Source of the DNA: the human T2T-CHM13v2.0 reference genome, Homo sapiens
Reading direction: 5' to 3' (one strand)
Assembly (NCBI RefSeq): GCF_009914755.1
Contig: NC_060935.1
DNA: 64,000 nucleotides
Below the pieces are notes generated by a model. The model was given only the letters and a program-made list of their open reading frames with translations, was not told the origin of the DNA and did not search any database. The position numbers and the translations under genes were made by a program. Shown here one piece after another: positions 1 through 13,000 of the stretch (its first letter is position 1; each line of letters opens with the position of its first letter).

Positions 1-123
1 ATTGTGAGAAACTTCTTGTGATGTTTGCATTCAACTCACAGAGTTGAACCTTGCTTACATAGTTCAGCTTTCAAACACTCTTTTTGGAGAATCTGCAAGT
101 GGATATTTGGACCACTTTGTGGC

Positions 124-140
124 CTTCCTTCGAAACGGGT
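124..140 (+). other. Degenerate CENP-B box in monomer 1 (CTTCCTTCGAAACGGGT), repeated in every HOR
   Basis: Lies at the box position, 171 bp before the intact box at 295. It matches 8 of the 9 core positions of NTTCGNNNNANNCGGGN (TTCG>TTCC). Confidence 0.85.
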
Positions 141-294
141 ATATCTTCACATCAAACCTAGACAGAAGCATTCTCAGAATGTTTCCTGTGATGACTGCAT
201 TCAACTCACAGAGGTGAACAATCCTGTTGATGGAGCAGTTTTGAAACTCTCTTTCTTTGGATTCTGCAAGTGGATATGTGGACCTCTGTGAAGA

Positions 295-311
295 TTTCGT
301 TGGAAACGGGT
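295..311 (+). promoter_or_regulatory. CENP-B box in monomer 2 (TTTCGTTGGAAACGGGT), repeated every 850 bp
   Basis: All 9 core bases of the CENP-B consensus are present. The core is broken in about 8 HOR copies (see findings). Confidence 0.95.
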
Positions 312-465
312 TCATCTTCACAGAAAAACTAAACAGAAGCATTCTCAGAAACTGCTTTGTGATGTTTGTGTTCCACTTCAGGAATTGAACTTTCCTCTTG
401 ACAGAGCAGCTCTGAAACCCTCTTATTCTAGAATCTGCAAGTGGACATTTGGAGGGCTTTGAGGC

Positions 466-482
466 CTGTGGTGGAAAAGGAA
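466..482 (+). other. A-type (pJalpha-like) box in monomer 3 (CTGTGGTGGAAAAGGAA)
   Basis: Occupies the box position 171 bp after 295 and resembles the A-type/pJalpha motif (CTAYGGTGRAAAAGGAA) rather than a CENP-B box. Confidence 0.75.
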
Positions 483-635
483 AATCTTCACATAAAAACT
501 AGATGGAAGCATTCTCAGAAACTACTTTGTGATGATTGCATTCGACTCACAGAGTTGAACATTCCTATAGATAGAGCAGGTTGTAAACAATCTTTTTGTA
601 GAATCTGCGATTGGAGATTTGGACTGCTTTGAGGC

Positions 636-652
636 CTACTGTAGTAAAGGAA
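636..652 (+). other. Diverged A-type box in monomer 4 (CTACTGTAGTAAAGGAA)
   Basis: Occupies the box position 170 bp after 466, has the A-type CTA...AAAGGAA frame and contains no CpG. Confidence 0.65.
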
Positions 653-848
653 ATAACTTCATCTAAAAACCAAACGGAAGCATTCACAGACAATTCTTAG
701 TGATCATTGCATTGAACTAACAGAGCTGAACATTCCTTTAGATGGAGCAGTTTCCAAACACACTTTCTGTAGAACCTGCAAGTGGATATTTGGACCTCTC
801 TGAGGATTTCGTTGGAAAAGGGATAAACTTCCCAGAACTACACGGAAG

Positions 849-1698
849 CATTGTGAGAAACTTCTTTCTGATGTTTGCATTCAACTCACAGAGTTGAACC
901 TTGCTTTCATAGTTCAGCTTTCAAACACTCTTTTTGTAGAATCTGCAAGTGGATATTTGGACCACTTTGTGGCCTTCCTTCGAAACGGGTATATCTTCAC
1001 ATCAAACCTAGACAGAAGCATTCTCAGAATGTTTCCTGTGATGACTGCATTCAACTCACAGAGGTGAACAATCCTGCTGATGGAGCAGTTTTGAAACTCT
1101 CTTTCTTTGGATTCTGCAAGTGGATATGTGGACCTCTGTGAAGATTTCGTTGGAAACGGGTTCATCTTCACAGAAAAACTAAACAGAAACATTCTCAGAA
1201 ACTGCTTTGTGATGTTTGTGTTCCACTTCAGGAATTGAACTTTCCTCTTGACAGAGCAGCTCTGAAACCCTCTTATTCTAGAATCTGCAAGTGGACATTT
1301 GGAGGGCTTTGAGGCCTGTGGTGGAAAAGGAAAATCTTCACATAAAAACTAGATGGAAGCATTCTCAGAAACTACTTTGTGATGATTGCATTCGACTCAC
1401 AGAGTTGAACATTCCTATAGATAGAGCAGGTTGTAAACAATCTTTTTGTACAATCTGCGATTGGAGATTTGGACTGCTTTGAGGCCTACTGTAGTAAAGG
1501 AAATAACTTCATCTAAAAACCAAACGGAAGCATTCACAGACAATTCTTAGTGATCATTGGATTGAACTAACTGAGCTGAACATTCCTTTAGATGGCTCAG
1601 TTTCCAAACACACTTTCTGTAGAACCTGCAAGTGGATATTTGGACTTCTCTGAGGATTTCGTTGGAAAAGGGATAAACTTCCCAGAACTACACGGAAG
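849..1698 (+). repeat. Representative HOR unit (HOR2): monomers 849-1018, 1019-1189, 1190-1359, 1360-1530, 1531-1698
   Basis: Phasing on the CATT(C/G) monomer start gives lengths 170+171+170+171+168 = 850. The five monomers differ strongly from each other, while the same monomer is near-identical between HORs. Confidence 0.95.
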
Positions 1699-2506
1699 CA
1701 TTGTGAGAAACTTCTTTGTGATGTTTGCATTCAACTCACAGAGTTGAACCTTGCTTTCATAGTTCAGCTTTCAAACACTCTTTTTGTAGAATCTGCAAGT
1801 GGATATTTGGACCACTTTGTGGCCTTCCTTCGAAACGGGTATATCTTCACATCAAACCTAGACAGAAGCATTCTCAGAATGTTTCCTGTGATGACTGCAT
1901 TCAACTCACAGAGGTGAACAATCCTGCTGATGGAGCAGTTTTGAAACTCTCTTTCTTTGGATTCTGCAAGTGGATATGTGGAGCTCTGTGAAGATTTCGT
2001 TGGAAACGGGTTCATCTTCACAGAAAAACTAAACAGGAGCATTCTCAGAAACTGTTTTGTGATGTTTGTGTTCCACTTCAAGAATTGAACTTTCCTCTTG
2101 ACAGAGCAGCTCTGAAACCCTATTTTTCTAGAATCTGCAAGTGGACATTTGGAGGGCTTTGAGGCCTGTTGTGGAAATGGAAAATCTTCACATAAAAACT
2201 AGATGGAAGCATTCTCAGAAACTACTTTGTGATGATTGCATTCGACTCACAGAGTTGAACATTCCTATAGATAGAGCAGGTTGTAAACAATCTTTTTGTA
2301 GAATCTGCGATTGGAGATTTGGACTGCTTTGAGGCCTACTGTAGTAAAGGAAATAACTTCATCTAAAAACCAAACGGAAGCATTCACAGATAATTCTTAG
2401 TGATCATTGGATTGAACTAACAGAGCTGAACATTCCTTTAGATGGCGCAGTTTCCAAACCCACTTTCTGTAGAATCTGCAAGTGGATATTTGGACTTCTC
2501 TGAGGA

Positions 2507-2523
2507 TTTCGTTGGAAACGGGA
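2507..2523 (+). promoter_or_regulatory. CENP-B box in monomer 5 (TTTCGTTGGAAACGGGA), first intact copy, repeated every 850 bp
   Basis: Perfect core match. The equivalents at 807 and 1657 carry C13>A. Intact boxes alternate at 512 and 338 bp spacing. Confidence 0.95.
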
Positions 2524-4198
2524 TAAACTTCCCAGAACTACAGGGAAGCATTGTGAGAAACTTCTCTGTGATGTTTGCATTCAACTCACAGAGTTGAACC
2601 TTGCTTTCATAGTTCAGCTTTCAAACACTCTTTTTGGAGAATCTGCAAGTGGATATTTGGAACACTTTGTGGCCTTCCTTCGAAACGGGTATATCTTCAC
2701 ATCAAACCTAGACAGAAGCATTCTCAGAATGTTTCCTGTGATGACTGCATTCAACTCACAGAGGTGAACAATCCTGTTGATGGAGCAGTTTTGAAACTCT
2801 CTTTCTTTGGATTCTGCAAGTGGATATGTGGACCTCTGTGAAGATTTCGTTGGAAACGGGTTCATCTTCACAGAAAAACTAAACAGAAGCATTCTCAGAA
2901 ACTGCTTTGTGATGTTTGTGTTCCACTTCAGGAATTGAACTTTCCTCTTGACAGAGCAGCTCTGAAACCCTCTTATTCTAGAATCTGCAAGTGGACATTT
3001 GGAGGGCTTTGAGGCCTGTGGTGGAAAAGGAAAATCTTCACATAAAAACTAGATGGAAGCATTCTCAGAAACTACTTTGTGATGATTGAATTCGACTCAC
3101 AGAGTTGAACATTCCTATAGATAGAGCAGGTTGTAAACAATCTTTTTGTAGAATCTGCGATTGGAGATTTGGACTGCTTTGAGGCCTACTGTAGTAAAGG
3201 AAATAACTTCATCTAAAAACCAAACGGAAGCATTCACAGACAATTCTTAGTGATCATTGGATTGAACTAACAGAGCTGAACATTCCTTTAGATGGAGTAG
3301 TTTCCAAACACACTTTCTGTAGAACCTGCAAGTGGATATTTGGACCTCTCTGAGGATTTCGTTGGAAACGGGATAAACTTCCCAGAACTACACGGAAGCA
3401 TTGTGAGAAACTTCTTGTGATGTTTGCATTCAACTCACAGAGTTGAACCTTGCTTACATAGTTCAGCTTTCAAACACTCTTTTTGTAGAATCTGCAAGTG
3501 GATATTTGGACCACTTTGTGGCCTTCCTTCGAAACGGGTATATCTTCACATCAAACCTAGACAGAAGCATTCTCAGAATGTTTCCTGTGATGACTGCATT
3601 CAACTCCCAGAGGTGAACAATCCTGCTGATGGAGCAGTTTTGAAACTCTCTTTCTTTGGATTCTGCAAGTGGATATGTGGACCTCTGTGAAGATTTCGTT
3701 GGAAACGGGTTCATCTTCACAGAAAAACTAAACAGGAGCATTCTCAGAAACTGCTTTGTGATGTTTGTGTTCCACTTCAAGAATTGAACTTTCCTCTTGA
3801 CAGAGCAGCTCTGAAACCCTCTTTTTCTAGAATCTGCAAGTGGACATTTGGAGGGCTTTGAGGCCTGTGGTGGAAAAGGAAAATCTTCACATAAAAACTA
3901 GATGGAAGCATTCTCAGAAACTACTTTGTGATGATTGCATTCGACTCACAGAGTTGAACATTCCTATAGATAGAGCAGGTTGTAAACAATCTTTTTGTAG
4001 AATCTGCGTTTGGAGATTTGGACTGCTTTGAGGCCTACTGTAGTAAAGGAAATAACTTCATCTAAAAACCAAACGGAAGCATTCACAGACAATTCTTAGT
4101 GATCATTGGATTGAACTAACAGAGCTGAACATTCCTTTAGATGGAGCAGTTTCCAAACCCACTTTCTGTAGAATCTGCAAGTGGATATTTGGACTTCT

Positions 4199-5034
4199 AT
4201 GAGGATTTCATTGGAAACGGGATAAACTTCCCAGAACTACACGGAAGCATTGTGAGAAACTTCTTTGTGATGTTTGCATTCAACTCACAAAGTTGAACCT
4301 TGCTTTCATAGTTCAGCTTTCAAACACTCTTTCTGTAGAATCTGCAAGTGGATATTTGGACCACTTTGTGGCCTTCCTTCGAAACGGGTATATCTTCACA
4401 TCAAACCTAGACAGAAGAATTCTCAGAATGTTTCCTGTGATGACTGCATTCAATTCACAGACGTGAACAATCCTGTTGATGGAGCAGTTTTGAAACTCTC
4501 TTTCTTTGGATTCTACAAGTTGATATGTGGACCTCTGTGAAGATTACGTTGGAAACGGGTTCATCTTCACAGAAAAACTAAACAGGAGCATTCTCAGAAA
4601 CAGCTTTGTGATGTTTGTGTTCCACTTCTAGAATTGAACTTTCCTCTTGACAGAGCAGCTCTGAAACCCTATTTTTCTAGAATCTGCAAGTGGACATTTG
4701 GAGGGCTTTGAGGCCTGTGGTGGAAAAGGAAAATCTTCACATAAAAACTAGATGGAAGCATTCTCAGAAACTACTTTGTGATGATTGCATTCGACTCACA
4801 GAGTTGAACATTCCTATAGATAGAGCAGGTTGTAAACAATCTTTTTGTAGAATCTGCGATTGGAGATTTGGACTGCTTTGAGGCCTACTGTAGTAAAGGA
4901 AATAACTTCATCTAAAAACCAAACGGAAGCATTCACAGACAATTCTTAGTGATCATTGCATTGAACTAACAGAGCTGAACATTCCTTTAGATGGAGCAGT
5001 TTCCAAACACACTTTCTGTAGAATCTGCAAGTGT
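4199..5034 (+). repeat. Duplicated HOR block, copy at ~7599-8434 (offset 3400 = 4 HORs)
   Basis: Shared rare variants: CTTCTATGAGGATTTCAT, CACAAAGTTG, CAATTCACAGACGTG, TTCTACAAGTTG, GATTACGTT, AAACAGCTTT, CACTTCTAG, AAGTGTATATT. Confidence 0.85.
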
Positions 5035-5092
5035 ATATTTGGACTTCTCTGAGGATTTCGTTGGAAACGGGATAAACTTCCCAGAACTACAC

Positions 5093-7006
5093 GGAAGCAT
5101 TGTGAGAAACTTCTTTGTGATGTTTGCATTCAACTCACAGAGTTGAACCTTGCTTTCATAGTTCAGCTTTCAAACACTCTTTTTGTAGAATCTGCAAGTG
5201 GATATTTGGACCACTTTGTGGCCTTCCTTCGAAACGGGTATATCTTCACATCAAACCTAGACAGAAGCATTCTCAGAATGTTTCCTGTGATGACTGCATT
5301 CAACTCACAGAGGTGAACAATCCTGTTGATGGAGCAGTTTTGAAACTCTCTTTCTTTGGATTCTGCAAGTGGATATGTGGACCTCTGTGAAGATTTCGTT
5401 GGAAACGGGTTCATCTTCACGGAAAAACTAAACAGAAGCATTCACAGAAACTGCTTTGTAATGTTTGTGTTCCACTTCAGGAATTGAACTTTCCTCTTGA
5501 CAGAGCAGCTCTGAAACCCTCTTATTCTAGAATCTGCAAGTGGACATTTGGAGGGCTTTGAGGCCTGTGGTGGAAAAGGAAAATCTTCACATAAAAACTA
5601 GATGGAAGCATTCTCAGAAACTACTTTGTGATGATTACATTCGACTCACAGAGTTGAACATTCCTATAGATAGTGCAGGTTGTAAACAATCTTTTTGTAG
5701 AATCTGCGATTGGAGATTTGGACTCCTTTGAGGCCTACTGTAGTAAAGGAAATAACTTCATCTAAAAACCAAACGGAAGCATTCACAGACAATTCTTAGT
5801 GATCATTGCATTGAACTAACAGCGCTGAACATTCCTTTAGATGGCGCAGTTTCCAAACACACTTTCTGTAGAATCTGCAAGTGGATATTTGGACCTCTCT
5901 GAGGATTTCGTTGGAAACGGGATAAACTTCCCAGAACTACACGGAAGCATGCTGAGAAACTTCTTTGTGATGTTTGCATTCAACTCACAGAGTTGAACCT
6001 TGCTTTCATAGTTCAGCTTTCAAACACTCTTTTTGTAGAATCTGCAAGTGGATATTTGGACCACTTTGTGGCCTTCCTTCGAAACGGGTATATCTTCACA
6101 TCAAACCTAGACAGAAGCATTCTCAGAATGTTTCCTGTGATGACTGCATTCAACTCACAGAGGTGAACAATCCTGCTGATGCAGCAGTTTTGAAACTCTC
6201 TTTCTTTGGATTCTGCAAGTGGATATGTGGACCTCTGTGAAGATTTCGTTGGAAACGGGTTCATCTTCACAGAAAAACTAAACAGAAGCATTCTCAGAAA
6301 CTGCTTTGTGATGTTTTTGTTCCACTTCAGGAATTGAACTTTCCTCTTGACAGAGCAGCTCTGAAACCCTCTTATTCTAGAATCTGCAAGTGGACACTTG
6401 GAGGGCTTTGAGGCCTGTGGTGGAAAAGGAAAATCTTCACATAAAAACTAGATGGAAGCATTCTCAGAAACTACTTTGTGATGATTGCATTCGACTCACA
6501 GAGTTGAACATTCCTATAGATACAGCAGGTTGTAAACAATCTTTTTGTAGAATCTGCGATTGGAGATTTGGACTGCTTTGAGTCCTACTGTAGTAAAGGA
6601 AATAACTTCATCTAAAAACCAAACGGAAGCATTCACAGACAATTCTTAGTGATCATTGGATTGAACTAACAGAGCTGAACATTCCTTTAGATGGAGTAGT
6701 TTCCAAACACACTTTCTGTAGAATCTGCAAGTGGATATTTGGACTTCTCTGAGGATTTCGTTGGAAACGGGATAAACTTCCCAGAACTACACGGAAGCAT
6801 TGTGAGAAACTTCTTTGTGATGTTTGCATTCAACTCACAGAGTTGAACCTTGCTTTCATAGTTCAGCTTTCAAACACTCTTTTTGTAGAATCTGCAAGTG
6901 GATATTTGGACCACTTTGTGGCCTTCCTTCGAAACGGGTATATCTTCACATCAAACCTAGACAGAAGCATTCTCAGAATGTTTCCTGTGATGACTGCATT
7001 CAACTC
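5093..7006 (+). repeat. Duplicated ~1.9-kb block (HOR7-8 and part of HOR9), copy at 10193-12106 (offset 5100 = 6 HORs)
   Basis: About 13 shared variants in the same order, including CACGGAAAAA, TTCACAGAAACTGCTTTGTA, GATTACAT, TAGTGCAGG, GACTCCTTTG, AGCGCTGAAC, GATGCAGCAG, GTTTTTGTT, GGACACTTG, AGTCCTACT and GGAGTAGT. Confidence 0.9.
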
Positions 7007-10000
7007 ACAGAGGTGAACAATCCTGCTGATGGAGCAGTTTTGAAACTCTCTTTCTTTGGATTCTGCAAGTGGATATGTGGACCTCTGTGAAGATTTCGTT
7101 GGAAACGGGTTCATCTTCACAGAAAAACTAAACAGGAGCATTCTCAGAAACTGCTTTGTGATGTTTGTGTTCCACTTCAAGAATTGAACTTTCCTCTTGA
7201 CAGAGCAGCTCTGAAACCCTCTTTTTCTAGAATCTGCAAGTGGACATTTGGAGGGCTTTGAGGCCTGTGGTGGAAAAGGAAAATCTTCACATAAAAACTA
7301 GATGGAAGCATTCTCAGAAACTACTTTGTGATGATTGCATTCGACTCACAGAGTTGAACATTCCTATAGATAGAGCAGGTTGTAAACAATCTTTTTGTAG
7401 AATCTGCGATTGGAGATTTGGACTGCTTTGAGGCCTACTGTAGTAAAGGAAATAACTTCATCTAAAAACCAAACGGAAGCATTCACAGACAATTCTTAGT
7501 GATCATTGGATTGAACTAACAGAGCTGAACATTCCTTTAGATGGAGCAGTTTCCAAACCCACTTTCTGTAGAATCTGCAAGTGGATATTTGGACTTCTAT
7601 GAGGATTTCATTGGAAACGGGATAAACTTCCCAGAACTACACGGAAGCATTGTGAGAAACTTCTTTGTGATGTTTGCATTCAACTCACAAAGTTGAACCT
7701 TGCTTTCATAGTTCAGCTTTCAAACACTCTTTTTGTAGAATCTGCAAGTGGATATTTGGACCACTTTGTGGCCTTCCTTCGAAACGGGTATATCTTCACA
7801 TCAAACCTAGACAGAAGCATTCTCAGAATGTTTCCTGTGATGACTGCATTCAATTCACAGACGTGAACAATCCTGTTGATGGAGCAGTTTTGAAACTCTC
7901 TTTCTTTGGATTCTACAAGTTGATATGTGGACCTCTGTGAAGATTACGTTGGAAACGGGTTCATCTTCACAGAAAAACTAAACAGGAGCATTCTCAGAAA
8001 CAGCTTTGTGATGTTTGTGTTCCACTTCTAGAATTGAACTTTCCTCTTGACAGAGCAGCTCTGAAACCCTATTTTTCTAGAATCTGCAAGTGGACATTTG
8101 GAGGGCTTTGAGGCCTGTGGTGGAAAAGGAAAATCTTCACATAAAAACTAGATGGAAGCATTCTCAGAAACTACTTTGTGATGATTGCATTCGACTCACA
8201 GAGTTGAACATTCCTATAGATAGAGCAGGTTGTAAACAATCTTTTTGTAGAATCTGCGATTGGAGATTTGGACTGCTTTGAGGCCTACTGTAGTAAAGGA
8301 AATAACTTCATCTAAAAACCAAACGGAAGCATTCACAGACAATTCTTAGTGATCATTGCATTGAACTAACAGAGCTGAACATTCCTTTAGATGGCGCAGT
8401 TTCCAAACACACTTTCTGTAGAATCTGCAAGTGTATATTTGGACTTCTCTGAGGATTTCGTTGGAAACGGGATAAACTTCCCAGAACTACACGGAAGCAT
8501 TCTGAGAAACTTCTTTGTGATGTTTGCATTCAACTCACAGAGTTGAACCTTGCTTTCATAGTTCAGCTTTCAAACACTCTTTTTGTAGAATCTGCAAGTG
8601 GATATTTGGACCACTTTGTGGCCTTCCTTCGAAACAGGTATATCTTCACATCAAACCTAGACAGAAGCATTCTCAGAATGTTTCCTGTGAAGACTGCATT
8701 CAACTCACAGAGATGAACAATCCTGTTGATGGAGCACTTTGGAAACTCTCTTTCTTTGGATTCTGCAAGTTGATATGTGGACCTCTGTGAAGATTTCGTT
8801 GGAAACGGGTTCATCTTCACAGAAAAACTAAACAGAAGCATTCTCAAAAACTACTTTGTGATGTTTGTGTTCCACTTCAAGAATTGAACTTTCCTCTTGA
8901 CAGAGCAGCTCTGAAAACCTCTTCTTCTAGAATCTGCAAGTGGACATTTGGAGGGCTTTGAGGCCTGTGGTGGAAAAGGAAAATCTTCACATAAAAACTA
9001 GATGGAAGCATTCTCAGAAACTACTTTGTGATGATTGCATTCGACTCACAGAGTTGAACATTCCTATAGATAGAGCAGGTTGTAAACAATCTTTTTGTAG
9101 AATCTGCGATTGGAGATTCGGACTGCTGTGAGGCCTACTGTAGTAAAGGAAATAACTTCATCTAAAAACCAAACGGAAGCATTCACAGAAAATTCTTAGT
9201 GATCATTGGATTGAACAAACAGAGCTGAACATTCCTTTAGATGGCGCAGTTTCCAAACACACTTTCTGTAGAATCTGCAAGTGGATATTTGGACCTCTCT
9301 GAGGATTTCGTTGGAAACGGGATAAACTTCCCAGAACTACACGGAGGCATTGTGAGAAACTTCTTTGTGATGTTTGCATTCAACTCACAGAGTTGAACCT
9401 TGCTTTCATAGTTCAGCTTTCAAACACTCTTTTTGTAGAATCTGCAAGTGGATATTTGGACCACTTTGTGGCCTTCCTTCGAAACGGGTATATCTTCACA
9501 TCAAACCTAGACAGAAGCATTCTCAGAATGTTTCCTGTGATGACTGCATTCAATTCACAGAGGTGAACAATCCTGTTGATGGAGCAGTTTTGAAACTCTC
9601 TTTCTTTGGATTCTGCAAGTTGATATGTGGACCTCTGTGAAGATTTCGTTGGAAACGGGTTCATCTTCACAGAAAAACTAAACAGAAGCATTCTCAGAAA
9701 CTGCTTTGTGATGTTTGTGTTCCACTTCAAGAATTGAACTTTCCTCTTGACAGAGCAGCTCTGAAACCCTCTTATTCTAGAATCTGCAAGTGGACATTTG
9801 GAGGGCTTTGAGGCCTGTGGTGGAAAAGGAAAATCTTCACATAAAAACTAGATGGAAGCATTCTCAGAAACTACTTTGTGATGATTGCATTCGACTCACA
9901 GAGTTGAACATTCCTATAGATAGAGCAGGTTGTAAACAATCTTTTTGTAGAATCTGCGATTGGAGATTTGGACTGCTTTGAGGCCTACTGTAGTAAAGGA

Positions 10001-13000
10001 AATAACTTCATCTAAAAACCAAACGGAAGCATTCACAGACAATTCTTAGTGATCATTGGATTGAACTAACAGAGCTGAACATTCCTTTAGATGGAGCAGT
10101 TTCCAAACCCACTTTCTGTAGAATCTGCAAGTGGATATTTGGACTTCTCTGAGGATTTCGTTGGAAACGGGATAAGCTTCCCGGAACTACAGGGAAGCAT
10201 TGTGAGAAACTTCTTTGTGATGTTTGCATTCAACTCACAGAGTTGAACCTTGCTTTCATAGTTCAGCTTTCAAACACTCTTTTTGTAGAATCTGCAAGTG
10301 GATATTTGGACCACTTTGTGGCCTTCCTTCGAAACGGGTATATCTTCACATCAAACCTAGACAGAAGCATTCTCAGAATGTTTCCTGTGATGACTGCATT
10401 CAACTCACAGAGGTGAACAATCCTGTTGATGGAGCAGTTTTGAAACTCTCTTTCTTTGGATTCTGCAAGTGGATATGTGGACCTCTGTGAAGATTTCGTT
10501 GGAAACGGGTTCATCTTCACGGAAAAACTAAACAGAAGCATTCACAGAAACTGCTTTGTAATGTTTGTGTTCCACTTCAGGAATTGAACTTTCCTCTTGA
10601 CAGAGCAGCTCTGAAACCCTCTTATTCTAGAATCTGCAAGTGGACATTTGGAGGGCTTTGAGGCCTGTGGTGGAAAAGGAAAATCTTCACATAAAAACTA
10701 GATGGAAGCATTCTCAGAAACTACTTTGTGATGATTACATTCGACTCACAGAGTTGAACATTCCTATAGATAGTGCAGGTTGTAAACAATCTTTTTGTAG
10801 AATCTGCGATTGGAGATTTGGACTCCTTTGAGGCCTACTGTAGTAAAGGAAATAACTTCATCTAAAAACCAAACGGAAGCATTCACAGACAATTCTTAGT
10901 GATCATTGCATTGAACTAACAGCGCTGAACATTCCTTTAGATGGCGCAGTTTCCAAACACACTTTCTGTAGAATCTGCAAGTGGATATTTGGACCTCTCT
11001 GAGGATTTCGTTGGAAACGGGATAAACTTCCCAGAACTACACGGAAGCATGCTGAGAAACTTCTTTGTGATGTTTGCATTCAACTCACAGAGTTGAACCT
11101 TGCTTTCATAGTTCAGCTTTCAAACACTCTTTTTGTAGAATCTGCAAGTGGATATTTGGACCACTTTGTGGCCTTCCTTCGAAACGGGTATATCTTCACA
11201 TCAAACCTAGACAGAAGCATTCTCAGAATGTTTCCTGTGATGACTGCATTCAACTCACAGAGGTGAACAATCCTGCTGATGCAGCAGTTTTGAAACTCTC
11301 TTTCTTTGGATTCTGCAAGTGGATATGTGGACCTCTGTGAAGATTTCGTTGGAAACGGGTTCATCTTCACAGAAAAACTAAACAGAAGCATTCTCAGAAA
11401 CTGCTTTGTGATGTTTTTGTTCCACTTCAGGAATTGAACTTTCCTCTTGACAGAGCAGCTCTGAAACCCTCTTATTCTAGAATCTGCAAGTGGACACTTG
11501 GAGGGCTTTGAGGCCTGTGGTGGAAAAGGAAAATCTTCACATAAAAACTAGATGGAAGCATTCTCAGAAACTACTTTGTGATGATTGCATTCGACTCACA
11601 GAGTTGAACATTCCTATAGATACAGCAGGTTGTAAACAATCTTTTTGTAGAATCTGCGATTGGAGATTTGGACTGCTTTGAGTCCTACTGTAGTAAAGGA
11701 AATAACTTCATCTAAAAACCAAACGGAAGCATTCACAGACAATTCTTAGTGATCATTGGATTGAACTAACAGAGCTGAACATTCCTTTAGATGGAGTAGT
11801 TTCCAAACACACTTTCTGTAGAATCTGCAAGTGGATATTTGGACTTCTCTGAGGATTTCGTTGGAAACGGGATAAACTTCCCAGAACTACACGGAAGCAT
11901 TGTGAGAAACTTCTTTGTGATGTTTGCATTCAACTCACAGAGTTGAACCTTGCTTTCATAGTTCAGCTTTCAAACACTCTTTTTGTAGAATCTGCAAGTG
12001 GATATTTGGACCACTTTGTGGCCTTCCTTCGAAACGGGTATATCTTCACATCAAACCTAGACAGAAGCATTCTCAGAATGTTTCCTGTGATGACTGCATT
12101 CAACTCCCAGAGGTGAACAATCCTGCTGATGGAGCAGTTTTGAAACTCTCTTTCTTTGGATTCTGCAAGTGGATATGTGGACCTCTGTGAAGATTTCGTT
12201 GGAAACGGGTTCATCTTCACAGAAAAACTAAACAGGAGCATTCTCAGAAACTGCTTTGTGATGTTTGTGTTCCACTTCAAGAATTGAACTTTCCTCTTGA
12301 CAGAGCAGCTCTGAAACCCTCTTTTTCTAGAATCTGCAAGTGGACATTTGGAGGGCTTTGAGGCCTGTGGTGGAAAAGGAAAATCTTCACATAAAAACTG
12401 GATGGAAGCATTCTCAGAAACTACTTTGTGATGATTGCATTCGACTCACAGAGTTGAACATTCCTACAGATAGAACAGGTTGTAAACAATCTTTTTGTAG
12501 AATCTGCGATTGGAGATTTGGACTGCTTTGAGGCCTACTGTAGTAAAGGAAATAACTTCATCTAAAAACCAAACGGAAGCATTCACAGACAATTCTTAGT
12601 GATCATTGGATTGAACTAACAGAGCTGAACATTCCTTTAGATGGAGCAGTTTCCAAACCCACTTTCTGTAGAATCTGCAAGTGGATATTTGGACTTCTCT
12701 GAGGATTTCGTTGGAAACGGGATAAACTTCCCAGAACTACACGGAAGCATTGTGAGAAACTTCTTTGTGATGTTTGCATTCAACTCACAGAGTTGAACCT
12801 TGCTTTCATAGTTCAGCTTTCAAACACTCTTTTTGTAGAATCTGCAAGTGGATATTTGGACCACTTTGTGGCCTTCCTTCGAAACGGGTATATCTTCACA
12901 TCAAACCTAGACAGAAGCATTCTCAGAATGTTTCCTGTGATGACTGCATTCAACTCACAGAGGTGAACAATCCTGCTGATGGAGCAGTTTTGAAACTCTC

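Noticed and set aside
2450-2519. 8-bp inverted repeat GTTTCCAA/TTGGAAAC in monomer 5 overlapping the CENP-B box, with both arms mutated together in HOR53, 66 and 72
   Set aside because: It is a short stem with a 54-bp loop. The paired mutations (GTTGCCAA, TGGGAAAC) are not compensatory, so a conserved hairpin is unsupported.
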